Shown: positions 45,003 to 55,658, counted from the stretch's first letter. The stretch is 64,000 bases of DNA from Draconibacterium orientale (GCA_020718275.1 DYSI01000003.1:15681-79680), one strand, 5' to 3'. Numbers and translations: made by a program. The notes: generated by a model from the letters alone, not told the origin.

Positions 45003-47099
45003 TTATTTATTTGCTTTTAAGTATTTGTCGAGGAATGATTTAAACTCCCTTTGCCACAGAATAGAATTCTGAGGTTTAAGTACAAAATGCGATTCTTCGG
45101 GGAAAAACAAAAAGCGACTTGGCACATCATTCAATTGAGCAGCATTGAAAGCCTGCATCGATTGGGTATATGGAATTCTAAAATCTTTGCCACCGCTAAT
45201 TACCAAAATTGGGGTGTCCCAGTCGCCAACAAAATTTGCTGGATTGAAATCTTTAAAACTTTTTGGTTGTGGTTTGTCCCAAGGTGCTCCTTGCATATCG
45301 TTGTTAACAAAGAAAGTTTCCTCGGTAGCAGCATACATGCTTGGCAAATCGTAAATCCCACAATGCGAGATTAATGCTTTGAATCGTCCTTGATGATGAC
45401 CTGCTAACCAATAAATACTATAGCCACCATAACTTGCTCCAACAGCGCCAAGATTATTTTCATCAACATAGTCTTCGGCTGCTAAAGTGTCGATGGCCGT
45501 TAAATAATCTTTCATATTTTGGCCTCCGTAGTCGCCACTAATTTGGTCATTCCATTCTTGGCCGAAAGTTGGCAAGCCTCTCCGATTAGGGGCAACCACA
45601 ATATATCCATTGGAAGCAATTACTTGAAAATTCCAACGATAGCTGAAAAACTGACTTACCGCCGATTGTGGTCCTCCTTGGCAATACAATATTGCAGGAT
45701 ATTTTTTGCTTTTATCAAAATTTGGTGGGTAGACTACCCAAACTAATTCCTTTTTGCCATCGGTAGTGGCTATCCAACGCTTCTCAACTTCAGCCATTTT
45801 CACCTTTTCTAAAAGGTCGCGGTTGGTGAATGTAATTTGTTTTTCACTTCCATCCATTCCAATTGCAAAAATTTCGGTTGGTAGTTTCATACTCATCTTT
45901 GCTCCAACTAATTGATTGCCAGCGATTGCTACACTTTGATAGTCGTGGTCACCTTTGGTAATAGCATTAATTGAGCCGCTAGCAAGGTCTAGGGAATATA
46001 TTTGGTAGGTGGCTTCAATACCCGAAATGAAATAGAGTGTTTTAGAATCTTTGCTGAAAACAAAACCGTGGGAGCTTTGGTCGAATTTTGTACTAAAATC
46101 AATGGTTTTGGCGGTCTCAAAAAAGTGAATCATTATACGTTCTTTGTCCGCTTCGAAACCTGGTTTTGCCATGCTACTCCATACCAACATTTTTCCATCG
46201 GGTGACCAAACTGGCTCATTATCATAACCTTCATAGCCTTCAAAAGTTAAATTCTGACTAGTTCCGGCTTTCAGATCATAGAGGTAAATTTCGGAATTAG
46301 TGCTAATCGCATAATCTTTTCCACTTAGTCGTTTGTAACTTACGGCCAATTTGGTTCCGTCAGGCGACCAATTAATATCCTCAATTCCACCAAATGGTTC
46401 GCGTGGGGCGCTGTATCTTTCTCCTGCCATTAGATCTTTGAGTTCTCCTATTTGGTTGTTTTGAAAAGGAGCGATAAAGACATGACTGTAAAATTCGTCA
46501 GCCCAATGATCCCAATGACGATACATTAGTTCGTCATAAACCATTGCATTTGCAAGCGGAAGATCGGGATATAAATCATGAATATTTTTGTCTACCTTCA
46601 CTTCTTTGACAAACATAATCTGTTGTCCATCAGGGCTGTATTTGAATCCGTTAAAGCCATCTTTGTCTTTGCTGATTTGTAAAAGATTGCTTCCATCAGG
46701 ATTCATCTCCCAAAGTTGAACAATACCGCCGGTATCAGCAGCCAGAAACCCAATCTTTGACCCGTCAGGTCTCCAAATTGCATTAAATTCACCGCCTTCA
46801 CTTTGGGTAATTTGTTTGACGTCTTTACCTTCGATGGAGATAGTAAACAAATCTCTATTTCCTTTATTATCAATAATATTGTAGCGAGTAATGCCGTACA
46901 AAATAGTTTTTCCATCTGGAGAAACTTGAACGTCAGAAACGCGCCCTAATCTCCATAATACTTCTGGGGTCATGATGCCAGGATTTACAAAGTTATCTTC
47001 ACTTTTGGCACTTTCATTATTTAGGTCGTCTTTGACTTTGTTTTTACAGGCTGTAAATGAAATAATCATTATTAGCAGGAGTATCAAACTGTTTTTCAT
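45003..47099 (-). CDS. S9-family peptidase (DPP5-like lipoprotein)
   Basis: Lipobox FTAC, beta-propeller WSPDG repeats, QGGPQS, GASYGG, DFRIP, EESH. Confidence 0.92.
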   Translation of the reverse strand: MKNSLILLLIMIISFTACKNKVKDDLNNESAKSEDNFVNPGIMTPEVLWRLGRVSDVQVSPDGKTILYGITRYNIIDNKGNRDLFTISIEGKDVKQITQSEGGEFNAIWRPDGSKIGFLAADTGGIVQLWEMNPDGSNLLQISKDKDGFNGFKYSPDGQQIMFVKEVKVDKNIHDLYPDLPLANAMVYDELMYRHWDHWADEFYSHVFIAPFQNNQIGELKDLMAGERYSAPREPFGGIEDINWSPDGTKLAVSYKRLSGKDYAISTNSEIYLYDLKAGTSQNLTFEGYEGYDNEPVWSPDGKMLVWSSMAKPGFEADKERIMIHFFETAKTIDFSTKFDQSSHGFVFSKDSKTLYFISGIEATYQIYSLDLASGSINAITKGDHDYQSVAIAGNQLVGAKMSMKLPTEIFAIGMDGSEKQITFTNRDLLEKVKMAEVEKRWIATTDGKKELVWVVYPPNFDKSKKYPAILYCQGGPQSAVSQFFSYRWNFQVIASNGYIVVAPNRRGLPTFGQEWNDQISGDYGGQNMKDYLTAIDTLAAEDYVDENNLGAVGASYGGYSIYWLAGHHQGRFKALISHCGIYDLPSMYAATEETFFVNNDMQGAPWDKPQPKSFKDFNPANFVGDWDTPILVISGGKDFRIPYTQSMQAFNAAQLNDVPSRFLFFPEESHFVLKPQNSILWQREFKSFLDKYLKANK

Positions 47100-47156
47100 A
47101 GCGTAAAGATTTGGGTGTTTTTTTGTTTTAGGTATTTATATTAATTTTTGCATCTG

Positions 47157-48149
47157 TTATTGTGATTGAACTCTGTTGAGGCCATCAATGGCACGTTCGT
47201 AATTAGGTTTTAGCAGCAGCGCAGCTTTATAATCTTGCTGTGCATTGAGAACATCGCCAAGCCTTTCGTAGCTCAAAGCACGGTTGTAATAGGCTTCCAT
47301 GTATTTTTGGTCAGCTTCAATGGCTTTAGTAAAATAGGGAATGGCTTGGTCAGCAATTTTAAGGAGTTCCAAATAAATATATCCAATATTGTAATAGCTG
47401 TATGGAAATTTTGGATTTAACCGAATAATTTCCTTGTATTCATCAATGGCTTCGTTGAGACGATCGGTATTCTGATAAAAAAGTCCTAAATCATAATAAG
47501 CGTCAGTTTTTAGGGAATCTATCTGTTTAGCATTTTTAAAATAAGTGATGGCGATATCATTTTTGAGTGCCATAAAAAGGATTCCTAATTCAATATTTGC
47601 CTCGTAATTACTTGGATCTTGTTTTAAACATTCTTGAAATTGGAAAATAGCTTGATTGGTATCACCCATTTCTTTGTAGGAATATGCTTTGAGAAAAAAG
47701 GCGCGATGACTATATGGATTTGCGGCTAATGCTTTATTGGCAAAATTAAAAACTTCTTGGTATTGTTTCTGAATCAGGTATATTTCACCAATTTTTATCC
47801 ATGCATTTTCGTCTTGAGGCGCCAAACTGGTCACTTTTGTAAGTATCCCTAAGGTGTTTTTAATATTTCCCGTTTGCATAAATAGATCCGCTAATTCCAT
47901 ATAGTACGAAACACTATCGGGAGCTAATTTAATAGCATATTGCATGTCCTCAATGGATTTGGTGAGATCCAATTTTTTGCGATAAAGTTTTGCTCTTTGG
48001 AAATAGAGATCTGCTTGTTTGGGCTCTTTTTCAATTTGTTGGCTTAGGCTCTCAATGCTGATGGGTTTTGCATTAGTATCTTTAGCCAGATTACTACAAG
48101 CGGAAAAGGTAATAATCGTAAAAAGTATTATAATGAGTTTAAATTTCAT
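47157..48149 (-). CDS. TPR lipoprotein
   Basis: Lipobox FSAC after MKFKL; multiple TPRs. Confidence 0.85.
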   Translation of the reverse strand: MKFKLIIILFTIITFSACSNLAKDTNAKPISIESLSQQIEKEPKQADLYFQRAKLYRKKLDLTKSIEDMQYAIKLAPDSVSYYMELADLFMQTGNIKNTLGILTKVTSLAPQDENAWIKIGEIYLIQKQYQEVFNFANKALAANPYSHRAFFLKAYSYKEMGDTNQAIFQFQECLKQDPSNYEANIELGILFMALKNDIAITYFKNAKQIDSLKTDAYYDLGLFYQNTDRLNEAIDEYKEIIRLNPKFPYSYYNIGYIYLELLKIADQAIPYFTKAIEADQKYMEAYYNRALSYERLGDVLNAQQDYKAALLLKPNYERAIDGLNRVQSQ

Positions 48150-48203
48150 GCCTAATTTTAGTTTTTCAGTTTGCAATTGGTGCTAATTGCGGTATATTGT
48201 ATC

Positions 48204-48235
48204 CCACAACCGACCGCTTAAAAGGTTGGTTGTGG
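48204..48235. terminator. Hairpin downstream of recA
   Basis: CCACAACCGACC...GGTTGGTTGTGG stem. Confidence 0.55.
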
Positions 48236-48279
48236 CTTTTCGATACAGCTATTTTGTTGGTTTGAAATTGCCTTTTTCT

Positions 48280-49281
48280 TTATTTCAGGTTGGCGATTTC
48301 TTTTATTTTTAATTCAACTTCCTCGGCTAGTTCTGGATTGTCGCGCATCATTTGTTTTACGGCTTCTCTGCCTTGACCCAATTTGGTTTCGCCATATGAA
48401 AACCATGAACCGCTCTTTTTCAAAACGTCTAATTCAACGCCTAAGTCTACAATTTCACCTGCTTTGGAAAAGCCTTCTCCGTAAATAATGTCAAGTTCAG
48501 CGGTGCGAAATGGTGGAGCCACTTTATTCTTTACTACTTTAATTTTAACACGATTCCCCAACACCTTATCAACATCTTTTATCTGACTTGTTTTGCGAAT
48601 GTCAATACGGATGGAAGCATAGAATTTCAAAGCATTTCCGCCGGTGGTGGTTTCTGGATTACCAAACATCACGCCGATTTTTTCGCGTAATTGGTTGATA
48701 AAGATACAAGTAGCGCCTGTTTTGCTAATCGTTGCCGTCAATTTACGTAAGGCTTGCGACATAAGCCGCGCTTGCAATCCCATTTTCGAATCGCCCATTT
48801 CGCCCTCAATTTCACTTTTTGGAGTAAGTGCTGCTACGGAGTCGATCACAATAATATCGATAGCTCCCGACCGTATTAAACTATCCGCAATTTCCAAGGC
48901 TTGTTCGCCATAATCGGGTTGTGAAACTAATAGATTTTCAATGTCAACGCCCAATTTTTCAGCGTAAAAACGATCAAAGGCATGTTCAGCATCAATAAAG
49001 GCTGCAATGCCACCTAGTTTTTGGGCCTCGGCAATAGCATGAATGGCCAAAGTGGTTTTTCCTGATGACTCAGGTCCGTAAATTTCAATAACTCTGCCGC
49101 GTGGAAAACCGCCAATTCCTAGCGCTATGTCTAATCCAATGCTGCCCGTAGGAATTATTTCTATTTCTTCAATTGCATTATCACCTAAGCGCATGATGCT
49201 CCCTTTGCCATGGTTTTTTTCAATCTTTTCTATCGTCAATTGCAATGCTTTCAACTTTTCTTTGTTATCGTCTTTTGCCAT
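48280..49281 (-). CDS. recA: Recombinase A
   Basis: [36 protein letters not shown]. Confidence 0.99.
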   Translation of the reverse strand: MAKDDNKEKLKALQLTIEKIEKNHGKGSIMRLGDNAIEEIEIIPTGSIGLDIALGIGGFPRGRVIEIYGPESSGKTTLAIHAIAEAQKLGGIAAFIDAEHAFDRFYAEKLGVDIENLLVSQPDYGEQALEIADSLIRSGAIDIIVIDSVAALTPKSEIEGEMGDSKMGLQARLMSQALRKLTATISKTGATCIFINQLREKIGVMFGNPETTTGGNALKFYASIRIDIRKTSQIKDVDKVLGNRVKIKVVKNKVAPPFRTAELDIIYGEGFSKAGEIVDLGVELDVLKKSGSWFSYGETKLGQGREAVKQMMRDNPELAEEVELKIKEIANLK

Positions 49282-49313
49282 TTGTATTTTTTTTAAAGGA
49301 TTTAGTAATATTT

Positions 49314-49772
49314 TTAGTAGGCTGCAAGTATTTGAGCTGCATGCTCTTTTGTTTTTACTTTATCAAATATCTTTTCAATATTTCCTTGTTCATCAATAAT
49401 GAAAGTGATTCGATAAATACCTTCGTAGGCTCTGCCGTAGAGCATTTTTGGTCCCCAGGAACCGTATAACTTTAGGATTACTTTATCAGTATCTGGAATA
49501 AGTGGGAATGGGAATTGGTATTTCTCGCTAAATTTCTGCTGCAATTTGGGTGCGTCTGCACTTAGTCCAAGAATCGAAAAACCTTTTTCGATTAACTCTT
49601 GGTAATGGTCACTTAAATCACAGGCTTCTGCAGTACATCCCGGCGTTAAGGCTTTGGGATAGGTAAATAGAATTAACTTCTTGCCTTTGTAATCTTCTAG
49701 GCTTATTCTTTGGCCTTTTTCATCAACGGTTTCGAAATTTGGGGCTTTATCACCAACTTTTAAATGGCTCAT
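49314..49772 (-). CDS. bcp: Thioredoxin-dependent thiol peroxidase Bcp
   Basis: [14 protein letters not shown]; start moved to [11 protein letters not shown]. Confidence 0.93.
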   Translation of the reverse strand: MSHLKVGDKAPNFETVDEKGQRISLEDYKGKKLILFTYPKALTPGCTAEACDLSDHYQELIEKGFSILGLSADAPKLQQKFSEKYQFPFPLIPDTDKVILKLYGSWGPKMLYGRAYEGIYRITFIIDEQGNIEKIFDKVKTKEHAAQILAAY

Positions 49773-50116
49773 AATGAATATTTTATTTATAATAAATTTT
49801 TTGATTTTAATCTTCAAAGATATAAATAATATCACTATTGTTCGACTAAAATTATTAGCAATCATTCGTTGTATCTTAACCTTTAAGGAAGATTGTTTAC
49901 CAATGATTTACATGCTATTGGGACGTAGTAAAACATATTATTGGTAAAAAATGAGAATCTATGCTTCTAAATTGCTTTATTTTCAATGCTCCAGCATGAA
50001 TATGGGTATTTGCTGTGAAATATTTTTGCTGGATTCGCGTAAAAAAAAGGCAAAATTTGCCTTTTATCCACTAGTTTTTTTCTCTGAAATGGGTCGTTTT
50101 ATTTTGCGCAAGGCTG

Positions 50117-51418
50117 TTATACGAGCTCTGCTTTGAGATCGAAGGATTCGGCTTCAGTAATTTTAGCTGAATAAAACTGACCAACTTTAAGTCGGCGTTT
50201 TGATTCTATAATTACTTCGTTATCCACTTCGGGCGAGTCGTATTCGGTGCGCCCAATGTAGAAATCACCTTCTTTACGGTCAATTAATACTTTGTAAATG
50301 TTTCCAATTCTCGCTTGGTTTTTCTCTAAAGAGATTTGTTCTTGAACTTCCATCAATTTATTAAGTCGTTCATATTTAGCATCTTGATGAATATTATCTT
50401 TCAGTTTGAAGGCTCCAGTATTTTCTTCGGGTGAGTAGGTAAAAGCGCCCAAACGGTCGAATTTTGATTCTTTTACAAAGTCCAAAAGTTCATTAAATTC
50501 TTCCTCTGTTTCACCGGGATAACCAACAATCAGCGTGGTGCGAATATTTATATCAGGGACAAAGGATCTGAATTTTTGGATAAGTTCACGAGTAGTATCC
50601 GCAGTGTGGCCACGCTTCATTGATTTCAAGATGCGATTGCTAATATGTTGCAAAGGAATGTCCATATAATGACAAATATTGCTACGGTCGCGCATCAGTT
50701 GCAACACATCGTCCGGAAATTGGGTTGGGTAAGTATAATGCAAGCGAATCCATTCAATACCAGGGATGCTACTGAGTTTATCGAGTAGCGTTCCAAGCAT
50801 TTTTTTGGAGTACAAATCAACGCCATAGAAAGTTAGATCTTGGGCAATTAATATTAGTTCCGTAACTCCCGAATTGCTTAATTTAGTGGCTTCGGTGAGT
50901 AAATCTTCCATTGGGATAGAAATATGTTTGCCTCGAATCAGCGGGATAGCACAAAAGGAGCAACTTCGGTCGCAGCCTTCCGAAACTTTGAGATAGGCAT
51001 AATGGGAAGGGGTTGTAATAAGTCGCTCCCCAATTAATTCATTTTTATAATCCGCCCCTAATTCTTCCACAATTTCTTTTAAGCTATGAACGCCATAAAC
51101 ACCATCAACTTCCACTAGCTCAGTTTTTAATTCATCGAGGTATCTTTCGGAAAGGCAACCCATTACGTATAGTTTCTCAATTAATCCAGCTTTCTTAGCT
51201 TGGATAAAATTAAAAATGGTATCAATGGATTCCTCTTTGGCATCTTGAATAAAACCACAAGTATTGATTACGACGTAATCAGTTTTTTCGCTGGCTTCAT
51301 GGGTAACTTCTAGTCGGTTATACTTCAGTTGCCCCATTAGTTTCTCTGAGTCTACAAGGTTTTTGGAGCAGCCCATGGTGATTACATTTATCTTTTTTGG
51401 GGAGTGATTGGTTTTCAA
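50117..51418 (-). CDS. rimO: Ribosomal protein S12 methylthiotransferase
   Basis: GCSKNLVDSE, NTCGFI, CDRSCSFC radical SAM motif, PEVD TRAM domain. Confidence 0.95.
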   Translation of the reverse strand: MKTNHSPKKINVITMGCSKNLVDSEKLMGQLKYNRLEVTHEASEKTDYVVINTCGFIQDAKEESIDTIFNFIQAKKAGLIEKLYVMGCLSERYLDELKTELVEVDGVYGVHSLKEIVEELGADYKNELIGERLITTPSHYAYLKVSEGCDRSCSFCAIPLIRGKHISIPMEDLLTEATKLSNSGVTELILIAQDLTFYGVDLYSKKMLGTLLDKLSSIPGIEWIRLHYTYPTQFPDDVLQLMRDRSNICHYMDIPLQHISNRILKSMKRGHTADTTRELIQKFRSFVPDINIRTTLIVGYPGETEEEFNELLDFVKESKFDRLGAFTYSPEENTGAFKLKDNIHQDAKYERLNKLMEVQEQISLEKNQARIGNIYKVLIDRKEGDFYIGRTEYDSPEVDNEVIIESKRRLKVGQFYSAKITEAESFDLKAELV

Positions 51419-51454
51419 GATGGGGGTTGTTTAGAGGTGTAAAAATTTTTAGGA

Positions 51455-52405
51455 CTAACCAAATAATGAATCTACAAATTCGGTGCGGTTGAATGTTTGT
51501 AGGTCTTCCATGCTTTCGCCAATGCCGATGTATTTGACAGGGATTTTAAATTCATAGGAGATTCCTATCACGACCCCACCTTTTGCTGTGCCATCTAATT
51601 TTGTCAAAGCCAATGCATTAACATCGGTGGCAGCGGTGAATTGGCGTGCTTGTTCAGCAGCATTTTGCCCTGTGGATGCATCTAAAACTAATAATATTTC
51701 ATGCGGGGCATCAGGGATTACTTTTTGCATCACTCGCTTAATTTTAGACAGTTCATTCATCAAATTAAGTTTATTATGTAAACGTCCGGCGGTATCAATG
51801 ATTACCACATCAGCTTGCTGACTGACCGCTGATTTTAAGGTGTCGAAAGCCACCGAGGCGGGGTCAGCATTCATACCTTGATTAATGCAGCTAACGCCAA
51901 CGCGCTCTGACCAAATAACCAATTGATCAACCGCAGCGGCACGAAAAGTATCTGCGGCGCCAAGGATTACTTTTTTGCCTGCTTTTTTAAATTGATATGC
52001 AAGTTTGCCAATAGTAGTCGTTTTACCAACACCATTTACGCCAACAACCATTATCACATAAGGGGTTTGACGCTTGTCGAAATCAAAACCTACCAGATGG
52101 TCGTTGGTGGTTGAATTTAATAAGGCTACTATTTCTTCTTTCAAAATTCTATTTAACTCACTCGTGCCTAAATATTTGTCTTTGGCAACTCTAGCTTCAA
52201 TGTGTTCAATAATTTTCAAAGTGGTATGCACCCCAACATCGGAACTTACCAATATTTCTTCCAATTCGTCTAATACGTCTGAATCAACTACTGATTTACC
52301 GGCAATAGCTTTGGTGATTTTAGAAAAAAGTCCTGTTTTGGTTTTTTCTAAGCCCTCGTCTAGTTTGTTTTTTTTGTCTTTTGAAAATAGACTAAAGATT
52401 CCCAT
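51455..52405 (-). CDS. ftsY: Signal recognition particle receptor FtsY
   Basis: GVNGVGKTT, DTFRAAA, DTAGR, TKLDGTAKGG. Confidence 0.98.
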   Translation of the reverse strand: MGIFSLFSKDKKNKLDEGLEKTKTGLFSKITKAIAGKSVVDSDVLDELEEILVSSDVGVHTTLKIIEHIEARVAKDKYLGTSELNRILKEEIVALLNSTTNDHLVGFDFDKRQTPYVIMVVGVNGVGKTTTIGKLAYQFKKAGKKVILGAADTFRAAAVDQLVIWSERVGVSCINQGMNADPASVAFDTLKSAVSQQADVVIIDTAGRLHNKLNLMNELSKIKRVMQKVIPDAPHEILLVLDASTGQNAAEQARQFTAATDVNALALTKLDGTAKGGVVIGISYEFKIPVKYIGIGESMEDLQTFNRTEFVDSLFG

Positions 52406-52530
52406 AATAAAATATTTGGCGCTAATATACTGATTTTAATGACCATAGTTTTAGCATCACTATGGAAAATATAAAAAAAAAGCTTTTCTCGAACATCGAA
52501 AAAAGCTTGATAAATTTTTAGTTCTATGAA

Positions 52531-52683
52531 TTATTTTTTGGCTAAAATATCTTTAACCTTATCATTAGGAACTATTTCTTCCTTAAAAGAGTAAGCGCCG
52601 GTTTTATCAGATTTCACCATGCGAATAACTTTTGAATAACTTTTACCTGCTGTTTGCAGACTAGCAACTACTTTCTTAGCCAT
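52531..52683 (-). CDS. DUF4295 small protein (not in the ORF track)
   Basis: MAKKVVASLQTAGKSYSKVIRMVKSDKTGAYSFKEEIVPNDKVKDILAKK, in its usual position between rpmG and ftsY. Confidence 0.88.
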   Translation of the reverse strand: MAKKVVASLQTAGKSYSKVIRMVKSDKTGAYSFKEEIVPNDKVKDILAKK

Positions 52684-52693
52684 AATTCAATAC

Positions 52694-52882
52694 TTATTTG
52701 ATTTCGCGATGAATAGTCATTCGCTTCAAAATCGGGTTATACTTTTTCAACTCCAGACGGTCTGGAGTGTTCTTCCTGTTCTTAGTAGTAATATATCTTG
52801 AGGTACCGGGCTGACCACTTTGTTTGTGCTCGGTGCATTCCAAAATAACTTGAACGCGTGCCTCTTTACTTTTCTTTGCCAT
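52694..52882 (-). CDS. rpmG: 50S ribosomal protein L33
   Basis: [12 protein letters not shown]...[22 protein letters not shown]. Confidence 0.97.
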   Translation of the reverse strand: MAKKSKEARVQVILECTEHKQSGQPGTSRYITTKNRKNTPDRLELKKYNPILKRMTIHREIK

Positions 52883-52997
52883 CGTAAAACTCTTTATAAT
52901 TTTAGGGCTGCAAAAATAGAAATTATTTTATTACTTACCAATTGTTTTACGAAAAAAAATAAAAAAATAATCGTCCCCTTTTTTTAGCGGTTGTTTC

Positions 52998-53285
52998 TTA
53001 GATTTCTTCAGTAATTACTACTTTAGCTAGCAAATCAATGTAGGGGATTAAAAGGTATTTTTTGCCTTCAAATTCAGTAGTTGTGCCTGCAAAATCTTTA
53101 TACAATACTGTATCACCTACTTGTATTTCAGGATTCTCAATAGCACTCATAGCAACTACCTTAGCGATGTTTTTCCTTTCCTTAGCAGTGTCTGGAATGA
53201 TGAGTCCACTGGCGGTTTTTGTTTCTTGTTGGTCTTTGGTAATGTCAAGCAATACATTTTGGTTGACTGGTTGTAATTCTCTCAT
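52998..53285 (-). CDS. Divergent co-chaperonin GroES (Cpn10) family protein
   Basis: Mobile loop KTASGLIIPDTAKE, VGDTVLY..FAGT..EFEGKKYL; no adjacent groEL. Confidence 0.85.
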   Translation of the reverse strand: MRELQPVNQNVLLDITKDQQETKTASGLIIPDTAKERKNIAKVVAMSAIENPEIQVGDTVLYKDFAGTTTEFEGKKYLLIPYIDLLAKVVITEEI

Positions 53286-53315
53286 ATTCAAAACGTTTTA
53301 GAGTTTATATTTATT

Positions 53316-53903
53316 TTATCCTTGTATATTTAGCAATTCGTTTATTCTTTTCTTATCAAATCCGATAATCATTTCGCCTGCAATATCAGTTTGTGGTACG
53401 CCTTGTTGGCCGCTACGTTGCACCATGGCTTGGGCCGCTGCTTGGTCTTTGGACACATCAATATCGTTGAATTTAATATTGTGTTTGCGCAAATGCGTTT
53501 TTAAAGTGGTACACCAGGAGCAGCTGGGGGTCGAATAAACGGTTACCCTTTTTTGGGGTTTGTCATCCGATTTGATCTCCGCTTTATATAGACTCTCCTT
53601 GAACAGATTATGATAAAATTGCTCTCCGTTGCAACCTTTGTAAATATTTATAAGCTGTTCATTGTCAAATTGTAATAAGCTAGGAGCCGAGCTGATTTGA
53701 TAGTGAAAATGAATATCACGGACTTGACTTACATCCACACTTACAATTTGAATTCCTTTGAGGGCTTCTAGGCTTAAACCTAGATTTTGATAAGCACAAT
53801 CACTCTGTTCGCTTCCATTTTTATAAATCAAACACCATGTTTTAGGGCTCTTTTTTAAAGTCTCTTGCAGTTCGCTCAATTGATTAATTGGTAATACTTT
53901 CAT
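53316..53903 (-). CDS. Thioredoxin-like plus glutaredoxin (NrdH/YruB-like) fusion
   Basis: N-terminal Trx fold without CxxC (SEQSDC, SAP cis-Pro); C-terminal VYSTPSCSWC...GVPQ..I.GEMIIGFD. Confidence 0.85.
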   Translation of the reverse strand: MKVLPINQLSELQETLKKSPKTWCLIYKNGSEQSDCAYQNLGLSLEALKGIQIVSVDVSQVRDIHFHYQISSAPSLLQFDNEQLINIYKGCNGEQFYHNLFKESLYKAEIKSDDKPQKRVTVYSTPSCSWCTTLKTHLRKHNIKFNDIDVSKDQAAAQAMVQRSGQQGVPQTDIAGEMIIGFDKKRINELLNIQG

Positions 53904-54202
53904 CGTATGTAAAAAGAATTAATAAAACATCTTCCTCATATAAGAATTGTGCCAGCGCTACTTTTGCTCACCATTAAACGGAATAAAAATTATAAAAAGC
54001 CTATTATCAATAATATAGCAGGTCTTGCTTTCATTTATTTTTGACTGTCATCTTGGCAGCAGTTTCGTCGGTCGATTTCATTCCTTTTGCATTACGGCTT
54101 CAGTATTCTATCTGTAGCTTTGCTAAACTTCCTTTTATTGACTGATTTTTGTTTTTTAACATTTCAAAACAAATATCAATATCTTAGCCTGCATTTTTCT
54201 TT

Positions 54203-54210
54203 TATCTTTG
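54203..54210 (+). promoter_or_regulatory. sigmaA -7 element for metK
   Basis: TATCTTTG about 130 bp upstream of the ATG. Confidence 0.55.
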
Positions 54211-54216
54211 CAATCA

Positions 54217-54309
54217 GAAGTGGAAAAATTTGATATTTGATTGCAACCACAGGAAAAAATGCTAAAACAATGATATCCTCTGCAACCCCCCATTTTCGAC
54301 TTCCTTTTT
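54217..54309 (+). ncRNA. Candidate SAM-II-like riboswitch/structured leader of metK
   Basis: TGATTGCAACC...AAAATGCTAAAA resembles the SAM-II core UGAUUUAACC...AAAUG..GCUAAA; enclosed by GAAGTGGAAAA/TTTTCGACTTC pairing and followed by a T-run. Confidence 0.5.
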
Positions 54310-54341
54310 AGTAGTATAAATAACTTTTAAATCTTATTAAT

Positions 54342-55595
54342 ATGGGATATTTATTTACCTCTGAATCCGTTTCAGAAGGACATCCGGATAAAGTTTCGGA
54401 TCAGATTTCAGATGCAATTTTAGATTATTTTTTAGCTTTTGATGCTCGCTCAAAAGTGGCAGTAGAAACCTTAGTAACAACTGGACAAGTATTTGTGGCT
54501 GGTGAAGTGCATTCCAATACTTATGTGGATGTACAATCGGTGGCGCGTGAAGTGGTCAATCGTATTGGTTACACTAAAAGTGAATATATGTTTGATGGCA
54601 ATTCATGTGGAGTGTTGTCGGCTATCCATGAGCAATCTGGCGATATACGTCAAGGCGTTGAGCGGGAAGATAAGTTTGATCAAGGGGCTGGTGACCAAGG
54701 GATGATGTTTGGCTATGCCACTACCGAAACGGCTAATTATATGCCTCTTTCGCTTGAATTATCTCATTTATTGGTTTATGAATTGGCTCAAATTCGTAAA
54801 GAAGGTAAGTTGATGACTTATCTCCGTCCCGATTCTAAATCACAAGTTACTATCGAATATGGCGATAACAACAAACCAGTGAAAATTAATACCATTGTAG
54901 TGTCCACTCAACATGATGATTTTGATGAAGACAATACGATGTTAGCTAAAATTCGAGAAGATGTAATTCATATTTTAATACCTCGCGTAAAAACATTACT
55001 ACCTGCCTATATTCAAGCAATGTTTACTGATGATATCATTTATCATGTGAATCCAACTGGTAAATTTGTTATTGGAGGACCACACGGTGATACTGGTTTA
55101 ACGGGTCGTAAAATTATTGTGGATACCTATGGTGGTAAAGGCGCTCATGGTGGAGGTGCTTTCTCAGGAAAAGATCCTTCGAAAGTAGATCGTTCTGCTG
55201 CCTATGCTTCGCGTCATATTGCCAAAAACTTAGTGGCTGCCGGAATTGCTGACGAAGTACTAGTGCAAGTTTCGTATGCCATTGGAGTTGCCCGCCCAAT
55301 GGGTATATATATTAATACTTATGGCACTTCTAAGGTGAACTTTACCGATCAACAAATCGCTGAAAAAGTGGAGCAAATTTTTGATATGCGTCCTGCTGCT
55401 ATTGAAGATCGCTTGCAATTGCGCAATCCAATTTATTCTGAATCTGCTTCCTATGGTCACATGGGGCGTACTCCCCGAACCATTAAAAAAGCGTTTAAAT
55501 CTGACTATTTTGGCGTGATAGAAATTGAAGTAAGATTGTTTACTTGGGAAGAATTGGATTATGTGGGTAAAGTGAAACAAGCATTTGGTTTATAA
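54342..55595 (+). CDS. metK: S-adenosylmethionine synthetase
   Basis: [35 protein letters not shown]. Confidence 0.99.
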   Translation: MGYLFTSESVSEGHPDKVSDQISDAILDYFLAFDARSKVAVETLVTTGQVFVAGEVHSNTYVDVQSVAREVVNRIGYTKSEYMFDGNSCGVLSAIHEQSGDIRQGVEREDKFDQGAGDQGMMFGYATTETANYMPLSLELSHLLVYELAQIRKEGKLMTYLRPDSKSQVTIEYGDNNKPVKINTIVVSTQHDDFDEDNTMLAKIREDVIHILIPRVKTLLPAYIQAMFTDDIIYHVNPTGKFVIGGPHGDTGLTGRKIIVDTYGGKGAHGGGAFSGKDPSKVDRSAAYASRHIAKNLVAAGIADEVLVQVSYAIGVARPMGIYINTYGTSKVNFTDQQIAEKVEQIFDMRPAAIEDRLQLRNPIYSESASYGHMGRTPRTIKKAFKSDYFGVIEIEVRLFTWEELDYVGKVKQAFGL

Positions 55596-55620
55596 GGAAT
55601 TATAAATATTAAATCATCTA

Positions 55621-55658
55621 AATGGGAAATCCTCTGATAAAGGTTTCCCATTTTTTTT
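55621..55658 (+). terminator. metK terminator
   Basis: AATGGGAAA...TTTCCCATT followed by a T-run. Confidence 0.7.

Noticed and set aside
49833..49852. CACTATTGTTCGACTAAAA resembling the left end of the 71-bp MITE
   Set aside because: Only a short partial match, with no right end, internal sequence or TSD
49773..49865. N-terminal extension of bcp in the ORF track (similar extensions for DUF47, pyrG, the TPR lipoprotein and the 254-aa T9SS protein)
   Set aside because: The extensions are low-complexity and AT-rich, some contain -7 promoter motifs, and downstream ATGs match the family starts
49951..50136. 61-aa plus-strand ORF between bcp and rimO
   Set aside because: Antisense to the operon, overlaps the rimO end and a hairpin, and has no motif
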